A DNA stretch of 64,000 nucleotides from Macrostomum lignano (lineage: Eukaryota). Position numbers and translations under genes: made by a program. Where the stretch lies: positions 310,001 through 374,000 of the forward strand of contig NIVC01000434.1 in NCBI GenBank assembly GCA_002269645.1, given 5' to 3'. Each line of letters starts with the position of its first letter. Within the stretch, counting starts at the first letter, position 1. Positions 57,089 through 64,000 of the stretch are shown in pieces. Under the pieces are notes generated by a model. It worked only from the letters and a program-made list of their open reading frames with translations. It did no database searches and was not told the origin of the DNA.

Positions 57089-57243
57089 TGGCTGTACATG
57101 GGAGGTTTTGCGGGGATAGCGGAAACCGTACTAGGGAGGTTGCCGGTATTTTGGTTGGGGAGCATTTTCGAATGATGGGGAGACTAGAGAGTAAGCGGAA
57201 TTTTGGCCTGAGGGGCGTGGCCTCTTAACTCGACCCTGGCTTC

Positions 57244-58257
57244 TCAGTTTCCCAACTTCTGGGAGTCACGGGGGTTACGGAACTTCAGCGGCTCATATCT
57301 TGGGTTAGGGGGCTGACGCTCATTTCTTCTTGGGGGTTCACGTCTTAGCGGTTGGTTCATCAGCTGGGGCCTGTACTGCTGCTGAGGTTGCAGTCTGTAC
57401 TGCTGCTGGGGTGGCTGTCTGTACTGCTGCTGGGGAGGCTGTCTGTACAGCTGAGGGTTTGGCTGTCTGTACTGCTGAGGAGGTGGCTGCCTATACTGTT
57501 GCTGGGGGAACACCTGAGATGGCGGGGTGCATTGCGCTGTTTCAGCCAGTTGCTTCTGCAGGTTCTGAGTAAGCCTTTCTTGGTGGTCAATCTTTGTCTG
57601 CTGGTCAATGATCAACTGGTCAGTTCTGCCTTTATACTCCTCTTTCTCATCTTTAGTCACTCGGATTCCACCTTTGTGGGACATCTGGTAAGCAGCTTCA
57701 ATTCTGCGCAGCATTCTACGGGCGGCTTGGAGACTAGCAGGTTGGGCAAAAATTAGCTTTTCACGGGTGTCGGGAGGGGTTCTCACACCTTTGATGAACT
57801 GTTCAACCAGTTCTTCTTCTCTCTGCTCAGCATCCATGTTCAGGAATGCGCGGGAGGCTAATTCAATCAGGGCATCGGCAAAGCTGTCAGTGGATTCGTT
57901 TCTGCCTTGGCAGCGATTCCTAAACTCTTCGCAAAATTCGGCGGAGCTACCTACTTTTCCAAATCTTTCGATTAGTCTTTCTTTGAACTCTTCATAGGGG
58001 AGATTAGCTGGGAGGTTGAGGCGTTGAACTGCTGCAAACGCAGTACTCAGGTCTAAATTGGTAAGCAGTTCCTGCTTCCGGTTTTCTTCTTCTATGCCTT
58101 CATTTTCACATCTCTGGTCAAATGCGGTAAGCCAGATTCTAATATCTTGGCTGGGAAGGTACTTCTGAATCTTCACATGTCTGAGGGGACCTAATTCTAG
58201 TCAATTACGGAGCTCTTCAGCTAAGAGTCCTAGGGCTTCATTGATTCCTGCGGCCAT
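57244..58257 (-). pseudogene. Gypsy gag (ATG at 58257, one internal TGA), Q/P-rich C-terminus
   Basis: DIRIWLTAFD...LIERFG...FRNRCQGRNESTDSFADALIELASRAF...LVEQFIKG retrotransposon-gag pattern. Confidence 0.88.
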
Positions 58258-58323
58258 TGTACTTCAGGGATGGAAAATTATACTGGGGTTGAGTGCGCGT
58301 TTCACTAGATTCCAATCCTTTAC

Positions 58324-58336
58324 CGCTGCCACCAAA
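58324..58336 (-). promoter_or_regulatory. Primer binding site, probably tRNA-Leu
   Basis: TGGTGGCAGCGG a few bases after the 5' LTR, complementary to the ...CCGCTGCCACCA 3' end typical of eukaryotic tRNA-Leu(AAG/UAG). Confidence 0.75.
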
Positions 58337-58339
58337 ATC

Positions 58340-59215
58340 TATTACAGGGGTCTTGGGGGAGGGAAATTATCCTATTGCTGACACCAAATCTGTTGTGGGG
58401 GAATTTATGGGAGTCTTGGGATTTCTGAAAAATATACTAGTTTTATTTCTAATAGGAGTAAGCCAATGGTTGCTCCTGGTGGCGTGAGTGTCCAAGCGGC
58501 AAGACACTGTCTATATATTAAAACTGTCCGAGGGAGGGCTGCGCGGCAGATCAGAGTTGCCTGGGGAATTGTCGCACAATGGGATTTTCTAATGGCTAAT
58601 AGGAAATGCTGACATGGGGAGGATATGCCTTAATAAGGAATTAGATAAGGGCAGGGCGCCTAGGCAGACAGTGCATCTGGATGGGGAGTTGGCAGATCGC
58701 CAGGTTACTCAGAGATCTGGGGAAGGGAGGCCACACGCCTGTCCAACTGATAAAGGAAAGGGGGTTTGAAGTGTTACTCAGGAAGAGACTGTACGTTCTC
58801 TGGGGGGGGGAGGGAGAAAGGTTGTACGCTTATAGCTGAACAAGACCTCTCGGGGAAGGGGAAAGGCGGGCGCCTTCAAAGGAATAACTCATAGACGGAT
58901 CTATTTTTAGAACAACTGTTCAATTTGGCTGAAGACAAAGCCTGTTACTAGAGGCAGCCACAGAAGTCTGGGCTCTCTACAGATTTATTTGCTCATATTT
59001 ATAGTAACTTTAGCAAAAATGGCGGACAATTCATAACAAAACTTTAAAAATAGGAGGCACTATAAGCATATTTGAGACAGAAAAACGATAGTTAGGCTAC
59101 TTTTAATGATCAAATAAACAGAAATATTTTGCTAATAAAGGGATATATAATTTTCATAACGCATTTAACGAGTAATATATATAATAGAAGCAATTATTAC
59201 TATATCACTATATCA
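58340..59215 (-). repeat. 5' LTR
   Basis: Direct repeat of 50100-50980; TATATA-like (~58515) and AATAAA (~58445) on the minus strand. Confidence 0.95.
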
Positions 59216-59390
59216 TATATTCTCTTCTGTTCCTCTCTCTGTCTCTTGTCTTTCATCTTTTCTCTTTTTTCTCTTTCCTTCTCTTGTATCTTATCTCTCT
59301 TCTTTTCTGTCTCCTCTTTTCTCCCTTCTCTCTTTCTCCCTTATTTTTTGTTTTTTTATATTGTCATTTTCATGGTTTATATTTTGGGGT

Positions 59391-59423
59391 CTTTCTCTCT
59401 CTCTCTCTCTTTCTCTCCCTGCC

Positions 59424-59503
<80 letters not shown>

Positions 59504-59518
59504 TCTCTCTTTCTCTCT
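59391..59518. repeat. (CT)n microsatellite within a CT-rich tract
   Basis: Directly visible. Confidence 0.95.
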
Positions 59519-60724
59519 GAACATGAAAAACATGAAAAAGCAGACAAACTTCACATGCTTACAGTTTCTGTCCTAATTGAGTTACAAAGTTGAGAGTTTA
59601 CATTTAGAGAGAGAAATGAAGGGATGCCCAAAATGATAAAAAAAGTTATGTAGGTAATCAATCATAACATAAATATCTATAGTAGGCCTATTCAAGTTTT
59701 AAAAAAATCAACCTACATAAAGAATCTTTTTATCACCCTAAAACCCTCATCTTATTCCCCATGTCCCAGTAGTGCTCATTGACCTTTTTGGTTGGGTAAA
59801 CCCTTCCCAGTCTAGAATTTATCAACATAATTGTGAATACGTCTCTGCCTCTATTCAAGTTTACATCAATAAAATAAACCCCCATAAAAAATCTCCCTAT
59901 CCTAAAACCCCCATTTCTAATGCCCAAGCAATTAGTTTTAAGCTACATATAGTTAGATTGAAGCTATCAAAAATTAGAGCTAAAATTTGATAAATCAGCA
60001 CAATTAATAACCCTTAAAAAGACAAACTTTTGATCCTTTTAAAACCACAATTAATCTTAAAAGGTCCCAAATATCTACAAGGGGCCTACTTAGAGTTGCA
60101 ATACTAAATACTAATATAATAAAGTTGCTAAATTACTATAATTTAAAATTGTATTTGCATTATTATATAACTTAGCTATAATTTTACAATTTTTTGTCTC
60201 AATAATTTCCTATAAAATATTGACTATAGCTTTAATTATAGTAAAAGGTTATAGGATTTATAGGAAATTGTTATAGGATTTTTGCTTCTCTCATAAAATA
60301 TCCAATTGTTTCTAAGACTTGTTTGTAAAATATAGTTTGTTCCTTAGTTTTTATTATTATAGGTACATATTTCTAGTATCTTGTATCAGTTCTGCTAGCA
60401 TTTCTTCTAATATAATTTAGTAGCATTTCTTATAATCTTATTGAATATTTGTAGATAAGTGAGGTCAATGTTAAAGGCACAATAAAGCATTGGTCACATT
60501 AATGCTACTAGTATATCCTATATCTAAAGCTAAGTGGATTGATCAACTGGCAGGCTAGGTTTAATGTGTATCTCTTCCTAGATGGCTACCAACTCGAATG
60601 TGGGACTTTTCCTATGCAACAAAAATGCTATTTTAATGTTGAAAATTTGAAAATTAAGTTTGTACAAAAAGCAGAGAACACTTTTCTCTGCTTTTTGAAT
60701 AGGAAGCCTTTCAATAAGAAGCCA

Positions 60725-62213
60725 TGTATATTAGCTGGGCAGTGAAATTCAATGAATAAACTTGTGAGCCTCTTACTGTAGCAGGCAATAAATGCACACT
60801 TGATACTCAATGCTTTAAATTGGGAAGTTTCAAATGCTAATTGTTCCTCAATTTTTAACTGTGAGAAGAGACTTATATAGCTGGAAGGATCTTGCAATGC
60901 TGAGTTCAATGATATAAGTTGTTTGCTTTAAATATGGAAACAAAAAGGAAAGCATTCAAAAAACAATTTCCATACTTTTAAATAAGTATGGTCTCAATTT
61001 AGACAGACTTTTAAGATCTCAATTTAACAGAGAGTCTTGATTGACTGCAATTTGATGGAGATAATATGGATTGATGGATTGCAGCTTGAAAGAGATTATA
61101 TATGATGGATTAATATTTTATGGAGAGAATGAAATGGTGAAATAAGAGGGAATGAAGAAAAGAGAAAAGGAAACAACATAAGAAGAGAGAAATAAGGGGA
61201 CAGAGTATAAGAGCAGAATGAGACATAAGGACATGAGGAGATATGAGACATAAGGACATTGGAGATATGAGACATAAGGACATGAGGAGATACAAGACAT
61301 AAGAGCAGAAAGGAGAAACAAAAAAAGAGAGACGACAGAGTAGAGGAGAGACAATTTAGATAAGAGAGCTAGAGATAAGACATGAGAGAAGGCAGAGGAT
61401 AAGGTAGAGAGGAGACAGAAGAGCTTTTTGATTTATGCTACTACAATGTATTTATACTGTACAATTTTGACGAACGCTAAATAAATTTCCAACAACCTGA
61501 AAATGCCTAATGTTAAGCGAAACATGTCGTTTGAATGAAAGAGAAAAAATGCTCGCAATTTCCTTCCTTCTATTAATCCTTATCAAGCGTGCTGTTCTGC
61601 AAGAGAGTAGAGATGAGAATGCAGAAAGGAGAGATGATAGAGAAGAGAAGAGAGGAGAGATGGGAGATAAGAAAGAGGAGAGGGAGAAAGTACAAGATAA
61701 AACAGGATAGAAGAGAGAAAAGGGAAAAGAGAGACACGAGACAGGAGATAGTAGAAAGGAGAGAGGAAAGATGAGAGATGAGAAAGGAGAGGATAGAGAG
61801 AATATAGGAGATATGGGGAAACGAGAGCAGAAAGAAAAAGAAAAGAGAATAGAAGACAGGGTACAGAAGAGACAATAGATAAGAGGGATGAGAGTGCAGA
61901 GGTGAGATAAGAGATGATAGATAAAGAGGAGAGGAGAGATAAGAGCAGATAGGAGAGCTGAGAGGTGAGAGAGCAAAGAGGAGAGAGGAGATAGGAGAAA
62001 GAAGAGAGTCTCAGTCTGGACAATGGCAGTCAATTCGTGCGAACAGCGAAAACAATATATGGTATTTGAGTTTTTTATAGTATAAAGGATTTGGAGAGGA
62101 ATTGTTGGATGATAGGATTCGGGTCATGGGATTCAGCTGATGGATTTCAGGAAATGGAATTCTGGCAATGGAAGTTCTATTCCCTTTCTTGTCCAACAAA
62201 GGAGTTGGCCTTG
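60725..62213 (+). mobile_element. Degenerate, 5'-truncated Helitron-like family B copy with AG-rich tract
   Basis: Homologous modules GGGCAGTGAAATTCAATGAA, GATCTTGCAATGCTGAGTTC, GTCTGGACAATGGCAGTC, GGAGTTGGCCTTGT. Confidence 0.65.
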
Positions 62214-62660
62214 TATATTATATGTATTATCTTCTCTAGTCTTAGGCATTGCTGAGAAAAAAGATCATACTATTATTCTTACCTTTGTATAGATTCCTAT
62301 GTATAGATTCTCTAGCTCTCATTCTTAGCAAATGTCTCCAAATATTCTTGGAAATCCCTATTAAATAAGTAGCTTATTTTAATCTCAAAGTTTTTATTCA
62401 AAACCAAGTAAGTGTGGGACTTATGACTATTTGAGATTGAGTTTATTTGGAATGAAAATTGCTCCTATCTATAGGCCTAGTCATTCCCCCTTCATGCATT
62501 TATAACAAAAGCCATTCCCCAATTTATTTGCACATTCAAACAAAAGAGCCTGTTTTTGCATTTACACAAATTGAATTTCTATAATTTGAGTGAAATAAAA
62601 TAGCACTGCCTCATGGTCATTATTTAGCCCTAATATTTTAGTACATCCTTCCTTCCTCCT

Positions 62661-63010
62661 TCTAAATATACTAAATCTCTAAGGTTTGTATGTTTGAATG
62701 CTTGTCCATAACGCTCTAGAGATCGCAATTCTTCACCGATTTTGATCGCGTTTTCGCCAAAAGATTCAAAATTGTCTGGAAAGAAGACGGTTAAAATTTC
62801 TTTAATCTGCTTCAATGCTAAAGGGATTAAATATTCGAAAAACTGTTTTAAATGGCCTTTTTCAATGCAAATTTTATCAGCCAGAAACTTCACTGCCAAT
62901 CTTAATTGATTGCGCCAGAGCCAACTGATAAGAAAACTCACTCCGCTCCACTTAAAGGGGGGCAATAAAAACATTATTCTGGCTGCTGGCAGCCAGCTCT
63001 AATTAGCTAG
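62661..63010 (+). mobile_element. Short A-related Helitron-like element (C), 350 bp
   Basis: 5' TCTAAATATACTAAA + GTTTGTATGTTTG; 3' hairpin GGCTGCTGGCAGCC then CTAG|T. Confidence 0.6.
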
Positions 63011-63011
63011 T

Positions 63012-63440
63012 TTATATACTAAAAATGAGTTGTCTGTGGGTATGCGATAGATTTCAGAAAAATTGGCTCAACCGATTTTCTTCAAACTTGCACCATTCGA
63101 TCAGAAATTTTCCTGGGACGGTACATGCATCTTGGCTAAGAAATTGCTCAATGTTAAAGGGATTAAATATTCGAAAAACATGCTTTTTTGCAAAGGTCAA
63201 GCAGCTCTTTCGACCTGAAATGCATTGTAAGAATGCCAGAGAAAAAACTGACTGACTGAATTCCGATTGTGATAAAGATTGCATCACAACAAGTTGAAAA
63301 CAGTGCTGAAGAAATGCACACAAGACTTGATTTAAATTGCGTAACCATATTGCTAACTTAAATTGAGACTGATACTGGCTGACTGAGAAATTGATTATGT
63401 CATAACTTTTTGCTCCAATTGACTTGCTGTAAGAATTGAA
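63012..63440 (+). mobile_element. Helitron-like family A head (A4), truncated
   Basis: Near-identical to 44202-44630. Confidence 0.75.
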
Positions 63441-64000
63441 CTAGCAATCTTCGCCCCCCGATGGGGGACATCTGGATAGAATCCTTGTTCTTCACAAATA
63501 ACAAATAGACAGCAAAATAAAGCCTTCATAAAAAACAACAGACATTCCCTCTAAAAACAAAACATCCCAAGACAGCAAGCATCATCAGACAGCATTCAAG
63601 CATCGATCCCCAAATAGCAAGCATCCCCCAGACTGCAAGCAACCCCAGATAGCAAGCATCCCCCAGACTGCAAGCAACCCCTGATAGCAAGCATCCCCCA
63701 GATAGCAAGCTCCCCCCAAATAGCAAGCATCCCCCAGACCGCAAGCAACCCCAGATAGCAAGCATTAACCTGGATACAAAGAGACCTTATAGATATCTAG
63801 CAACCCCCTCTTAGATAGCAAGTACCCTCCACCCACCAAGAGCAAGCATCCCCCAGACCGCAAGCAACCCCAAATAGCAAGCATTAACCTGGATACAAAG
63901 AGACCTTATAGATATCTAGCAACCCCTCTTAGATAGCAAGTACCCTCCACCCCCCAAGAGTAAGCATCTCCCAATAGCAAGCATCCCCTTGATAGCAAGT
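63441..64000 (-). mobile_element. Helitron-like family A 3' end (A5), inverted, runs off the window
   Basis: Reverse complement of 47700-48167, including the hairpin and CTAG. Confidence 0.8.

Larger units (their letters stand above)
50100..59215 (-). mobile_element. Full-length Ty3/Gypsy LTR retrotransposon (9.1 kb), coding regions decayed
   Basis: Two ~880-bp LTRs, TG...CA ends, 4-bp TSD TATA, PBS, and gag-PR-RT-RH-IN order. Confidence 0.96.

Overview
Eukaryotic, extremely repeat-rich animal DNA. GT-AG introns, (TTAGGG)n and the RTE/Penelope/Gypsy/Helitron content suggest an invertebrate, possibly a flatworm such as Macrostomum (inference only). Host genes: two tandem + strand spliced genes (about 3.2-14.3 kb and 20.0-25.4 kb) that appear to be diverged paralogues encoding type-I membrane proteins with CUB-like and C-type-lectin-like regions and a matching intron-phase pattern, plus a two-exon LITAF-domain gene on the minus strand (26.8-27.6 kb). 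Mobile DNA: (i) a two-ORF Penelope-like retroelement bounded at both ends by (GATA/TATC)n and split by a 9-bp-TSD Mutator/foldback-like MITE; (ii) RTE and I/LOA-type LINE fragments, a Tc1/IS630-like derivative, several MITEs/hairpins and a tRNA-derived SINE; (iii) a 13.5-kb head-to-tail chain of two non-autonomous Helitron-like families carrying interchangeable minisatellites and interstitial telomere repeats; (iv) a full-length, decayed 9.1-kb Gypsy LTR element with a non-env third ORF. Most long ORFs in the supplied track are artefacts of simple repeats. All calls were made by eye; no database searches were run.
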